Assembly (NCBI RefSeq): GCF_001194135.2
Contig: NC_068983.1
Location: forward strand, 154,582,549 to 154,646,297
From: Octopus bimaculoides
Taxonomy: Eukaryota
DNA length: 63,749 bases
Direction: 5' to 3'
The position numbers and the translations under genes were made by a program. This document shows, one piece after another, positions 11,690 through 23,830 of this stretch (position 1 is the first letter of the stretch; every line of letters begins with the position of its first letter). The notes beneath the pieces were generated by a model. That model searched no databases, had not been told where the DNA came from, and saw nothing but the letters and a program-made list of their open reading frames with translations.

Positions 11690-12030
11690 GTGTGTATGTG
11701 TATATAGGTATACGTGTGCGAGTGCGCGCACGTGTGTGTCTGTGTCTGTGTCTCTGTGTGTACGCCTGTGTGTATGTGTGTGTGTGTCTTGTGTCTGTGC
11801 AGTCTTTCCCCCACCACCGCTTGACAACAGTTGCTAGTGTGTTTACGTTCCCGTAACTTAGCCGTTCAGTCAAAGACTCCGATAGAATAAGTACCAGGAT
11901 TTAAAGACTCCGATAGAATAAGTACCAGGATTTAAAGAAAAAGGTACTGGAGTCGATTCATTCGACTAAAATTACTTCAATGTGGTTCCCCAGCGTGGGC
12001 GAAGTCTCATGTATGAAACAGGCAAAAGGA
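11690..12030 (+). mobile_element. SINE-C 3' half with internal (TG)n and a 31-bp tandem duplication
   Basis: (TG)n-like tract, then CCCCACCACCGCTTGACAAC...GTGTTTACGT...GATAGAATAAGTACCAGG. AAAGACTCCGATAGAATAAGTACCAGGATTT occurs twice in tandem (~11872-11933). Confidence 0.75.
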
Positions 12031-12045
12031 CAAAGACTCTGTTCG

Positions 12046-12231
12046 GTCATGAATGACCATGGGATTGCACCTAGAAAGTTCCCCTCTGAGGTACAAATCC
12101 GGGCAGGTTTGTTTATGGAGGATCAGCAGTTACCCATACATACCAGCCCCCCCCCTCTCCGCCTCTCCACGCTACCGAGGAAAGGTAAAGGCCGATACAG
12201 TTTGACACCAGTTACATCGCAACCCCTTTCT
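12046..12231 (-). mobile_element. SINE-D 3' portion (runs into gap)
   Basis: ATGAATGACCATGGGATTGCACCTAGAAAGTTCCCC... is homologous to 19200-19380. Confidence 0.8.
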
Positions 12232-13048
12232 NNNNNNNNNNNNNNNNNNNNNNNNNNNNNNNNNNNNNNNNNNNNNNNNNNNNNNNNNNNNNNNNNNNNN
12301 NNNNNNNNNNNNNNNNNNNNNNNNNNNNNNNNNNNNNNNNNNNNNNNNNNNNNNNNNNNNNNNNNNNNNNNNNNNNNNNNNNNNNNNNNNNNNNNNNNNN
12401 NNNNNNNNNNNNNNNNNNNNNNNNNNNNNNNNNNNNNNNNNNNNNNNNNNNNNNNNNNNNNNNNNNNNNNNNNNNNNNNNNNNNNNNNNNNNNNNNNNNN
12501 NNNNNNNNNNNNNNNNNNNNNNNNNNNNNNNNNNNNNNNNNNNNNNNNNNNNNNNNNNNNNNNNNNNNNNNNNNNNNNNNNNNNNNNNNNNNNNNNNNNN
12601 NNNNNNNNNNNNNNNNNNNNNNNNNNNNNNNNNNNNNNNNNNNNNNNNNNNNNNNNNNNNNNNNNNNNNNNNNNNNNNNNNNNNNNNNNNNNNNNNNNNN
12701 NNNNNNNNNNNNNNNNNNNNNNNNNNNNNNNNNNNNNNNNNNNNNNNNNNNNNNNNNNNNNNNNNNNNNNNNNNNNNNNNNNNNNNNNNNNNNNNNNNNN
12801 NNNNNNNNNNNNNNNNNNNNNNNNNNNNNNNNNNNNNNNNNNNNNNNNNNNNNNNNNNNNNNNNNNNNNNNNNNNNNNNNNNNNNNNNNNNNNNNNNNNN
12901 NNNNNNNNNNNNNNNNNNNNNNNNNNNNNNNNNNNNNNNNNNNNNNNNNNNNNNNNNNNNNNNNNNNNNNNNNNNNNNNNNNNNNNNNNNNNNNNNNNNN
13001 NNNNNNNNNNNNNNNNNNNNNNNNNNNNNNNNNNNNNNNNNNNNNNNN

Positions 13049-13344
13049 GTTTATTGAGCGAAAACACCTAAAGCTCCACGAGATTCCGGCAGGAGATGGT
13101 GGCGAACCCTGCTGTACTCTTTCACCACAACTTTTTCTCACTCTTACTTCCTGTTTCTGTTGTGCCTGTAATTCAAAGGGTCAGCCTTGTCACACTGTGT
13201 CACGCTGAATATCCCCGAGAGCTACGTTAAGGGTACACGTGTCTGTGGAGTGCTCAACCACTTGCCCGTTAATTTCACGAGCAGACTGTTCCGTTGATCG
13301 GATCTACTGGAACCCTCGACGTCGTAAGCGACGGAGTGCCAACA
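13049..13344 (+). mobile_element. SINE-A copy (head hidden in gap)
   Basis: Near-identical to the bodies of 13830-14276 and 62677-63057; ends GGAGTGCCAACA. Confidence 0.9.
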
Positions 13345-13829
13345 TTTTATTCAGCATATTCCCCTCTCAGATTCACACACTTACTATAGCGGTCCTTCAG
13401 TTTTTCTAAAATCTGTAAAAGAACTCGGAAGGTTGGGTTCCCAACCAGGCTGTCCGCAATAGCCTTAAAGCCAAGAAGTTTTCAGAATATACTCGTATAC
13501 CCAATTTATGTTTTTTATTTTCTAAGACGATAGAAGCTAATTTGAAGAATATCTATTTGCTATTTCTACTAATTCTATTGGTTGTGTCGACGCTCGCTAA
13601 TCTTGCTGTCATTTCTAATGCTCTAGGCGGGGACTTGAGACATGCAGTACCAATTTCGGAACTAACGACTGGGTGATATTTTGCTGCACCTGTTTCACAC
13701 CAGGTCTGTCCTGATCAAATCCCACCAAGTTCAAAAAGTATCCAGCGATGACCATCACATGTGTTTTTGTTTTTGGTGTAGTTCTTGGTTGCTGCTGATC
13801 TTGTATTGCATTATCTAATGCGGTCTTAG

Positions 13830-14276
13830 TGGAGGCGCAATGGCCCAGTGGTTAGGGCAGCGGACTCGCGCTCATAGGATCGCGGTTTCGATTCCCAGAC
13901 CGGGCGTTGTGAGTGTTTATTGAGCGAAAACACCNNNNNNNNNNCGCGGTTTCGATTCCCAGACCGGGCGTTGTGAGTGTTTATTGAGCGAAAACACCTA
14001 AAGCTGCACGAGGCTCCGGCAGGGGATGGAGGCGAACCCTGCTGTACTCTTCCACCACAACTTTCTCTCAACCTTACTTCCTGTTTCTGTTGTGCCTGTA
14101 ATTCAAAGAGCCAACCTTGTCATACTGTGTCACGCTGAATATCCCCGAGAACTACGTTAAGGGTACACGTGTCTGTGGAGTGCTCAGCCACTTGCACGTT
14201 AATTTCACGAGCGAGCTGTTCCGTTGATCGGATCAACTGGAACCCTCGATGTCGTAAGCGACGGAGTGCCAACAAC
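13830..14276 (+). mobile_element. SINE-A, full length, tRNA-derived
   Basis: Head TGGAGGCGCAATGGCCCAGTGGTTAGGGCAGCGGACTCGC...GGTTTCGATTCCC has Pol III A-box and B-box-like motifs; (AAC)n tail. About 50 bp is duplicated across the 10-N gap (assembly overlap). Confidence 0.9.
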
Positions 14277-15114
14277 CTCTAAACAACAGCAGCTGAGACA
14301 ACAACGTCATACACATAGCTACATATTCAGTGTATAGTTACGTACTTTCTGGCAGTGTAGTGGAATATCCGAGTTGGTTAACCATTGGTCTTAATGCTTC
14401 GCTTCATTTAGTTACTTTCTTTGGCATTCGGAATTCAATTCCTGCTGACAACCACATTCCTTGTCATTTTCCTGCAGTTGATAAAACATGTAGAACTATA
14501 ATCTTTCCATAAAATTTGTCTTCTGCCAAGTTAAACATTTTCCCTTGAAAAATCAAAACTAATATCTGGAAATATTTTTGAGTATGTAGTACTGAGAAGC
14601 AAATTTGGCCCCAAGTGAAGTTTTGATAAAGTCGACTCTAGTCTATTCACATCGAACACCTACATTGAAGAGATCTGCAATGAACAACAATACCGTTTAT
14701 TAACTTTGCATCCGTGCAATTGAAACATGGAAAAAGCGTTAACTTGTCATGTCTGCTTGTGAATGACGACTATAGCTTGAAGGATATTTGTGCGAAGTTT
14801 ATTCTAATGAATGGATTGTGCAGGAATGTCGGGTGGTACCAGGATTCTGGAGCAACCGCCCTAGGAAAGTCGTTCTGATACCAGTTATGTAGAGATTTTT
14901 CATGTATTTGGTGTCAGAAGGACGAACATTAGACCAAATTAACACCAAATTTTTGGAAGTAAATAGCATTGGACTAAATTTGTACAATTTTAATCTTGTA
15001 AAGTACCAAATTGCAAACTTATTACAGTGTAAATTGTAAACTCCAGCACGAGAGAGTTTATCACAAACTCAGGTTCGAATCCTCTGCATACCTATTTCCA
15101 CTAATATGGGTTTT

Positions 15115-15310
15115 AACACGAAGCCAGCAATTTTAGAAGACGGTAGTTAGCTGATGGCATCGATGCAGTGATAAAGTGGCATTTACTTTCTCAACTCCGA
15201 AAGAATCAAGGGCAGACAATGTCAAGCTTGGGAGCAGTGAATTTCAGAATATAAATGCCGCTAAGGGTTTTAGTCTGGTGTGCTAACGATTTTGCCAGCT
15301 CACCACCTTA
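15115..15310 (-). mobile_element. Degenerate SINE-B copy
   Basis: GCCAGCAATTTT...CATCGA...CCGAAAGAATCAAGGGC...GTGCTAACGATTTTGCCAGCTCACCACCT. Confidence 0.7.
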
Positions 15311-15514
15311 ATAGTTCCCCTAAAATCCCTAACATAAATCATGAATTTTACAGTTAGTACTGCTTAACTCATGAATCTATCTATCACTAGCTGCAGGAAC
15401 TTCTGATTGTGAATCGACAGAGAAGCCTGCATGTAACCGCTCCACTTGTGAGAAAAAAATTCACAACTTTCCCACAACCCACACTTTACCATCATACAAA
15501 ACACAGGAGTTCAT

Positions 15515-16130
15515 TACATAATTGTTTCTAAAGTTTGGCGCAAGACTAGCAGTTTTAGCGGTAGGGAATAAGTCAATTACAGCAACCCCAGTGCTCAGCT
15601 GGTACTTTATTTTATCGACTCAGAATGAAGAAAAGACAACGATGACTTCAGCAGGATTTGAACTCAGAACGTAAAACCAGAAGAAATGGCATTAAGCATT
15701 TTGTAAGGCATGCTAACGATTCCGCCAGCTTGCCGTCTTAAGACCGAATTAGATAATCTTTTCTACTAAAGGCACAAGGCTTGAAATTTTACGGGCGGGA
15801 ACAGACAATTACATCGGCCCCAGAGTTTCACTGGTACTTAATTTATCGACCCCGAAAGGTACAATCGACCTCGGCAGAATTTGAACTCAGAACATGAAGA
15901 CGCACGAAATGCGTATTTCGTTATTGCCCACAAGGGGCTAAACATAGAGGGAACAAACAAGAACAGACGAACGGATTAAGTTGATTACATCGACCCCAGT
16001 GCATAACTGGTACTTAATTTATCGACCCCGAAAGGATGAAAGGTAAAGTCGACCTCGGCGGAATTTGAACTCAGAACGTAACGGCAGACGAAATGCCGCT
16101 AAGTATTTTTCCCGGCGTGCTTGCCGTCTT
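15515..16130 (-). mobile_element. Stack of three SINE-B copies; the distal pair is flanked by an 18-bp TSD
   Basis: Copies at 15515-15737, 15758-15912 and 15917-16128. Direct repeat AAGACCG(A/C)ATTAGATAAT at 15740-15757 and 16131-16148. Confidence 0.85.
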
Positions 16131-17859
16131 AAGACCGCATTAGATAATGCAATACAAGATCTACGGTCAGAAAATAAAATGGCATGTGCTCATGACTGGA
16201 ATGTTTTGATCATAGGTTACCTTAATCAAGGTTCACATGAGGTCAAACAACAGCAAAAAAAGCTCTGATACGTCTTCATTGAAAATACCAAACAAATTAT
16301 CTTTCATATGTATTTCAGGATATACTGATGGGGATTCCCTCTATTCGGTAAAGTGAGGTAGGAGATAATGTTGGAATCGTTCTAACCTAAGACTTTATGA
16401 TAACGAAACATATATCAGTTAAATTTTGCTAACTTCATTTGTGCCGAATTTGGCAACATTGATAGTGGCAGTAATAGCAGGTGCGAATGGAAGTGAGTAG
16501 ATTAATTTTTACATTTAAAGATGGATTAAAATATGTGTATGCATGTGTATTTGTGTGTATGTGTGTATGTATGCATTTTGGGTGTACAAACAGAAAAAAA
16601 AGAATATTTAACACATGTAAGTAAGCAACGAAACTTGAAACGCGGGATGGCGCCGACGAAGTGATTATCCAACATCACCCGATTANNNNNNNNNNNNNNN
16701 NNNNNNNNNNNNNNNNNNNNNNNNNNNNNNNNNNNNNNNNNNNNNNNNNNNNNNNNNNNNNNNNNNNNNNNNNNNNNNNNNNNNNNNNNNNNNNNNNNNN
16801 NNNNNNNNNNNNNNNNNNNNNNNNNNNNNNNNNNNNNNNNNNNNNNNNNNNNNNNNNNNNNNNNNNNNNNNNNNNNNNNNNNNNNNNNNNNNNNNNNNNN
16901 NNNNNNNNNNNNNNNNNNNNNNNNNNNNNNNNNNNNNNNNNNNNNNNNNNNNNNNNNNNNNNNNNNNNNNNNNNNNNNNNNNNNNNNNNNNNNNNNNNNN
17001 NNNNNNNNNNNNNNNNNNNNNNNNNNNNNNNNNNNNNNNNNNNNNNNNNNNNNNNNNNNNNNNNNNNNNNNNNNNNNNNNNNNNNNNNNNNNNNNNNNNN
17101 NNNNNNNNNNNNNNNTATATATATATATATATATATATGCGAATTTTATATGACATCTATGTATAGATATATATACGTGCGTGTATACATATATTTGTAT
17201 GTGTTTGTGTGGTTGTGTGCGTGCATATATATGTGTGTGTATAATTATGAATATACGTATGTGCTTACATTGTGTGTAATTAGTATGAATGTTTGCGTGT
17301 GCATACGTGTGTTCGAATGCACATAGAGATGGGTGTGCTTCCGGTATAAAAGTTTATATATAGAACGAGAAACGAACGATAGCTTTATCTGACTGCACTG
17401 CTTTACTAAACAAACGATAAAGTTAATACAAGTGTGTAAGGAGTGTGTTCGGGGGGGGGGGCGTGTAGGGTGAGTACGCGCGTGTACGTGCGTGTGTGTC
17501 TGTGTGTCGCTGTGTGTGTGTGTGGTTTTTTAGGCATCAATATCGGTGATGAGAGTAAGACAGAAAGAAGCTGAGAGATATTGAGTTGCATATAAATTCA
17601 TATACAAATAAAAGGATATATATTTCTGTGTGGGCAGGGTTTATGTATTTGAAAATTTCCCCAGTGGGCCTTCTGTTGGCTACTATATTTAAGGTGGTGA
17701 GCCGAAAATAATTTTTAATCAATAGAAATGTATACTTGTATTTCTGACTATTTACATAGATACTTTCGCAGGGACATAGTGGAACGCTTCTTTGCAATTG
17801 AGTACTACGCTTAAATGCACTTACATAATGCACACAAGCATAGACACAGACAGACTTGC

Positions 17860-17905
<46 letters not shown>

Positions 17906-19175
17906 GGAGAGAGAGAGATGAATGTATGTATCTATATGTATGTATGCGAGTATATATATATGTGTGTGTGTGTGTGTGCCTGTGTGCGTGTATATATATA
18001 AATATACACATATATACATATGTATGTATGTGTGTATGTTGGTGTGCATTCGAACATACGTACACATTTTTTATTAGTGCAGATAACAAATCGGGTCGTC
18101 GCCCTTTGTAGGCTCTGCCAGTCTCATAGATATGTACGGTTAATGTTCGTCTTTGACTTTTATGGGTCTGGTGGGAATACTGGAGTCATTCCGCTTAGCG
18201 TAGGACAGATTGGGAGTGGTTTCGTGAGATATCTGTAGAAGGAGACACGGCAGAAGTAATGAATTCTGCGAGTTAAGAGGGTAGATGTGCTTTAACAGAT
18301 TGCTATTTCAGAGAAATGGAGATCTTTGCAGTAGAGATAAATGGGAGTGTAACAGCGCGTATGTGGTAATGTGTAGTTTATCCAATTACCGAGAAGAATT
18401 GCTCAGGGTCGGTATTGCAGGGAAATTAACAGTCAAGTAAGTGTTCTAATTTTTAACATAGTGAGGAAACATCCAATTTATTAATATTTTTGTGGTGAGA
18501 AGAAAACAAACCCAGCGTTTCATGTTGGCAATTACTGGTGACAACCCGCAACATGTTTCTGCCTTATTAGACTGCCCCTGTGAAACACAAACCAGATTAG
18601 TGATATGGTGACAAGAGGATCTCTATATTGGTATACAATAGTAAATTGTAATATTATGATATAACTACAATAATGTACATGAAAAAAGAATAAAAGGATA
18701 CATTGGATAAGCTATTTTACATAACACTAAAGAGACGGGTATTGGTGTTTGGTTTTTCTTTAACCGTAAGTTTGCTCAGCCTCGGATGGCCCAGGACTAC
18801 AAAGTAATGACAGGAATACAGAAGAAAAGCATATCTGTAAATTGTATCGGAGTTTTTAAAAGAACATATAATGTGATATCTTCGTTTAATGGGGGTTTCA
18901 AATTACCTCGTCATGTTAGCGGTGAATGTATGCTGTAATGTGACAGAGTTAAGTGTAAACCATGTCTCTACGTATGTAAGTATGAATCTTGGCTTCCAAT
19001 GCCTCTGTCGTTCAGAGCTCAGTATAAATCTGGCACTGAAATTGAAAGGTTTCTCTCCAAAGTGTAGACTCAGGCACTTTTATTTTTTTATTATTTTTAC
19101 TTTGAAAGAAACCTGCAGTTGCTCATATGCTCAAACAGAGTGTCTTCCACTTTGTTCTCAAAGCCGCCAAATATG

Positions 19176-19523
19176 AGTAAAGTAAAGGCTTTCTTCAGTC
19201 ATGAATGACCTTGGGATTGCACATAGAAAGTTCCCCTCCGAAGCACAAGTCCGGGCAAGGTTGTTTATGGAAGACCAGCAGTCACCCATACATACCAGCC
19301 ACCCCCCACCCCCCATCGCTTCTTCACACCACTGAGGAAACCTAAATGCCGATACAGTGTAGCACCAGTGACGTTGCAACTCATTTCTACAGCTGAGTGA
19401 ACTGGAGCCACGTGAAATAAAGTGTATTGCTCAAGAACACAACACACAGCCCGTTACGGGAAACGAACTTACTACCTCATGATTATGAGCCCGAGGCTCT
19501 AACCACTGAGCCATGCGCCTTCT
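19176..19523 (-). mobile_element. SINE-D, near full length
   Basis: Reverse complement begins AAGGCGCATGGCTCAGTGGTTAGAGCCTCGGG (A box) ...AGTTCGTTTCCC (B-box-like), then GTGTTCTTGAGCAATACACTTTATTTCACGTGGCTCCAGTTCACTCAGCTGTAG. Confidence 0.85.
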
Positions 19524-19599
19524 CAACTGAAGAGGTTTCAGGAAACCAGAATAAATAGCACAAGCTATTTTCGCCAATACAAAATTCTCCACCACATGT

Positions 19600-19815
19600 A
19601 TACCTGCGATTAATGTACACTACTCTGAATTTGGGGGACAACCAAAACTTAGGGTGCAAAGTCTAGAAAGTGGGTCGAAGAAAACGAGTACATGGGAACT
19701 GCAATGGAGCAGTTTGACCGGAGATTTCCAGTCTCAAAGATGAGAGCCTTAACTTCGAAGTTCTCATGTCAGATGCGGTCAAATGCTGTATTGATGTCAA
19801 GGATAACAGCATTAC
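19600..19815 (-). mobile_element. CR1/L2-group RT fragment
   Basis: AVILDINTAFDRI*HE resembles AVALDISKAFDRVWH; a degenerate INAG motif lies downstream. Confidence 0.55.
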
Positions 19816-21245
19816 GTAACGCTATAATTATACAATCAAGTTTAGTAATGAACATATAGTATTTTACCTTGTGATAGACACCATTTCAAACCACTTATGC
19901 GTGTATGTGTGTAAATATAAATATGCATATATACCAATGTATATAAATATACATGCACACACACATACATACACACACATATATATGTATGTATATATAT
20001 ATATATTGCATTATCCTTAATCTGGGTTGTTCATTTTCGGATGTTCTTCCTAAGGTAAGACAAGTTTTTCATGTTTTGTTGCACACACGCATTTTTGCCA
20101 GTATATACGCAGTGAAGCTATACAATAGCGTCGTTTTTATATCGATTGCTATTCTCCAGCAAATATCGGTACCTTGTTGTACCATTCTTATGAATTTNNN
20201 NNNNNNNNNNATATATATATATATATATATATCCAGTTTATGTACAACATACATATGTATATATATATATATATCCAGCATATGTACAACGTTTGCGCAT
20301 GCAAGTGTTTCCGTGTATATACGAACACATATGTGTTTGTATGTATCTTATAAGCAGGTATTTATCTAGTCAAACACATTTCTACAGATACACTGTATAT
20401 ACATATCAGTTCTATTTATATTAATTGACGTTCATTTCTATTATATATATGTGTGTGTGTATGTATGTAAGTATGTATGCATGAATGTATGTATGTATTA
20501 TGTATTACGTATGTATATACATGCGTATATATTATGTATGTAAAAACACACATTCATGCATTCAAATATTTATGCATGCATACACACGTTTACATATCTA
20601 AGCTCTTCTCCTTTTTTTTTTTCTTTTTAAAATTCTTTTTGATTACTTTAACTGAAAATTTTCACTGATAAAACTTCTAACCAGAAACAGAATATCCATT
20701 TGCAGTAAGATATGTTTCAGGAAACCTCTTTTGCTTTTACTTCTATTTTACATTATATATTGATAGGAGAACTTCTGATTAGTATTGCTCAAGCGGTAGC
20801 CGAATATAGGACCGAGCAGGTGTTTAGATATTTCCAGATAATATGTACATTACTGATGGGAAACAGTAAGCAGAATTTTCCAGAGACTTCTTTCTTCATT
20901 TATTCATTTATTTATCATATATTTATCTTCATAATAATTTGTATGCTTCTTCTTGTTGTGAAACTTTGATTTTCCCTGCTTTTTTTTTTTTTTTTGCTTT
21001 TTTCTAAATTTATTGATTTATTTAAATAAGGTTTTAAAATAAGAAAAGATACTCACATAACAAGTTCTGTTAGTTGATATGTGTGCGTGTGTGTAATTTA
21101 TTTCAATTGAATGATGAGAAGTTTGTGGTTTCGAATTACAAATATTAAAAATAAAAATTCTTTCTAATTTTATGCACAAGACCAGCAATACTGAAGAAGC
21201 GAAGTTAGTCGATAACATCGAGCCCAGTATTTGACTGGTACTATA

Positions 21246-21461
21246 AGAAGGGGTGCTGAAAAGTTCCTGGCTTTGCGAAAGGCTAGTTGGAGGCCCAACG
21301 TTCCGAGTTCTGTGGCAGGGCTTTGAAAACCTGAAGGACCACTGCAATAGGTGTGTGAATTTGAGAAGGGAATATATTGAATAAAATCATGATTAACTGA
21401 TCGTTCTGTATTTTTTTTTTTTTTTGTTACCCAAAGCTAGGAACTATTTAGCAAACCCTCC
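21246..21461. mobile_element. Mariner-derived MITE
   Basis: Imperfect TIRs AGAAGGGGTGCTGAAAAGTTCCTGGCTTTG / CAAAGCTAGGAACTATTTAGCAAACCCTCC flanked by TA. The internal GACCACTGCAATAGGTGTGTGAATTTGAGAAGGGAATATATTGAATAA resembles the mariner transposase C-terminal coding sequence. Sister copy at 45787-45968. Confidence 0.75.
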
Positions 21462-21834
21462 TATATTATAAGTCGCGAATGGATAAAAGCAAAGTTTACA
21501 TCATCGGAATGTGAAGTCTAATCATATAAAGTTGTAATCAAATATCACAGAGGAATTCTGTCTAACGATTCTAATCTACTACCTTTAAGTAATTTTCTTT
21601 TTAATTTAGACACACAACCAATAAATTTGAAGAGGTGCAGGCTAGCCGATGTCAACATCAGTACTTGACTGGTATTTTATTATTCCACCTCGAACGGATG
21701 GTTCGAAAAATTAACCCGGTGAGATTTCAACAGAGAACACAAAGAATCAGAACCTATATTGCAAAGAATTTTCTTTGAAGCTCTAATGGATCTAACAATC
21801 TACCGACTTAGATATGAATATTATTAATAATTCT

Positions 21835-21960
21835 TTTTGCAATAGGCATAAGGCCTAAATTTGTTGTGTTGGAGGCTAGTCGATTACATCGACTCTCCTG
21901 CTAAGTTGGTATTTTATTGATCCTGAAAGGGATAAAAGGTGAAGTCGAACTCGGCAGCCT
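21835..21960 (-). mobile_element. SINE-B 3' half
   Basis: ATAGGCATAAGGCC...CTAGTCGATTACATCGACTC...GATCCTGAAAGGGATAAAAGG..AAGTCGAACTCGGCAG. Confidence 0.75.
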
Positions 21961-22811
21961 GGCCACCTTATCCCCCAAAGAATATATTGTTGCTATTATG
22001 CAAAAGTGTCGTAAGTTCAAAACGTTGCTTTTACAGAGAACGAAAAACTAGTTTCACCATTCCATTTCATTTTACATTAGCAACAGTTTCTGCATAACAA
22101 TAATACTTTGTTGGGTGCATAAAATCGTAACTTTATGCATGTATGATATTTTCAGTCAGAAATGCTTTTGCAAAATATCGTATGTGGGACTTACTACACT
22201 TTTGAAAAATGCTAAATCGTTGTACTACACATTGACAGTTCTTGATATCTTGGCACCTGAAGTAGCTGGAGATAAGATAGCTTGACCAAAAGAACCGGCT
22301 ATTGCAAGCAAAATTAAAAGTTGAAAAAAAAAACGTATTTGGCCAAATTTGGATATACGATATTTTAACATAATAGCAACGATATACATATTAATAATTC
22401 TTTCTACTATAGACACAAGGTCTGAAATTTTGGTGGGTAAAATGTTACCTCATAAATATTTTTAATAACTGTTTCCAACAGAGAACCAAAGTGTAGATTC
22501 TACAATGATAAGATTGAAACAGTGAATCACTTAATCTCTGGAGGTAAAGTTTTAGTACCAGTAGAGTATAAATCGAGACAGGGTAGAGTTGACCAATATC
22601 GACATTGCTTACTACATCGGCATTATAAAACCAAAACTGTTGAGAAATGTAACTGAGGGAATAATTGTAACGATTATGTAGAAGTTTCCTGTACATATAG
22701 ACAGAATCATCAATGCTAATAAATTCGATATTGGTGTAAAAGACCTAAACAATAAATTTTCCTTTTTTATTAATTGACATGAGTATCCTTTGTGATCATA
22801 ATAGTGCAGCA

Positions 22812-23205
22812 AGCTCAGAATTTTACAAGCTCAAAAAATATAAAGATTTGCTCATTGAAATCGAAACAATGGAGCACTTCAACGTGATTACAATACCGGA
22901 TCTTGCAAGAGCACTAAGAATGGTCAAAAAAGCAACTGAACATCGTTTGAGAATGATCCCTGGCCTACCATCCCTGCAAGAAGTGCAAAAGATTGTTTTA
23001 ACTGGTACTTCACAAGTATTGAGGAGAGAGTGGTCGTTGTCGTTCGATGTGAATGATTATTTTTTCTATAACTTTATTTGATTTTGTAAATTAACAATCC
23101 GGTGTGTTTATTTTAATGGCGTATCTATGCATGTAGTGAGTTTCTTCACCTTAGGTGTCGGGCAGACACTCGGCAAGAAGAGGAAGCAAAAGGGAAGGAA
23201 AAATA
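22812..23205 (+). mobile_element. R4/Dong-like RLE retrotransposon 3' end (third family)
   Basis: EFYKLKKYKDLLIEIE...TIPDLARALRMVKKATEHRLRMIPGLPSLQEVQKIVLTGTSQVLRR matches the R4-clade RLE C-terminus. A probable 3' UTR follows; its end is approximate. Confidence 0.8.
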
Positions 23206-23539
23206 ACACTTTGCTCTTTCAATTTCAGAAACTTTAGTTATGCCATTGAGAATTGTACGCATATTTATAGATAGATAGAGAGAGAGAGATTGAGAGATAG
23301 ATGTGTTTTTGCTTGTTTTTTCTTTGTATATATGTTATATAACTGCAGAATTCTTGATTTCTTTCAAATAGAGATGTAAGCGTTTGAAACTAAATCATGC
23401 ATTATATTCAAATGTTAAAAAAAGTTTCTTTTTTGTAAAAAAAAAAAATAATAATAATCAAGGCTCCTAGCATTATTATTATTTTGTAACTTGTTTGTTG
23501 ATTTTTCTTTTCTTTTTCTTTTATTTTTTTGCCTTCTTT

Positions 23540-23830
23540 CTATTTTTCATCATGCTGTCAGCTAAATTTTCAATAATACAAGCTCTAATTTGCTCCATTC
23601 TTTTTGAACTGCCATAAACACAATATACATGCTTCTAAGAGATATTGAATTTAGTTTTGCCTTAATGACGCTCCATAAATTTTCAATGCAGTTCAGACTG
23701 TTTCGGTCAAGCAAAACTCAATTACATGAATTTGAAGAAACATTTTGACTATCTTGGCAGTTGAGTGAATGCTTTTTTTCATATGATTGTATTATGGCCG
23801 TGAGTAAACTGTTTCATATAAAAGACAAGA
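23540..23830 (-). mobile_element. Tc1-like transposase C-terminal remnant
   Basis: HSTAKIVKMFLQ...LNCIENLWSVIKAKL...QKEWSKL...ENLADSM resembles the Tc1 SPDLNPIENLW motif and C-terminus. Confidence 0.65.

Noticed and set aside
11980-13141. Long X-rich ORFs here and at 5.9-6.7, 16.7-17.3, 26.2-27.1, 36.2-37.3, 41.5-42.0, 53.4-54.1, 56.0-57.1 and 57.7-58.6 kb
   Set aside because: They are open only because N gaps translate as X.
13830-13905. tRNA-like sequence (also at 26955, 42159, 45713, 55871, 57151, 62677)
   Set aside because: These are SINE heads: no proper acceptor stem, and they are always continuous with the SINE body and often bounded by TSDs. Not tRNA genes.
16314-16360. Possible micro-exon (TTTCAG/GATATACTGATGGGGATTCCCTCTATTCG/GTAAAG); a similar acceptor-like site near 34110
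   Set aside because: Splice-like motifs of this quality occur by chance in 64 kb; no recognisable protein and no neighbouring exons.
18150-18420. Possible CR1-group C-terminal remnants (also 24560-24740 and an SFDKVD string near 14625)
   Set aside because: Only isolated short motifs (RVSFYRY, LRSTR); too weak to call without a profile search.
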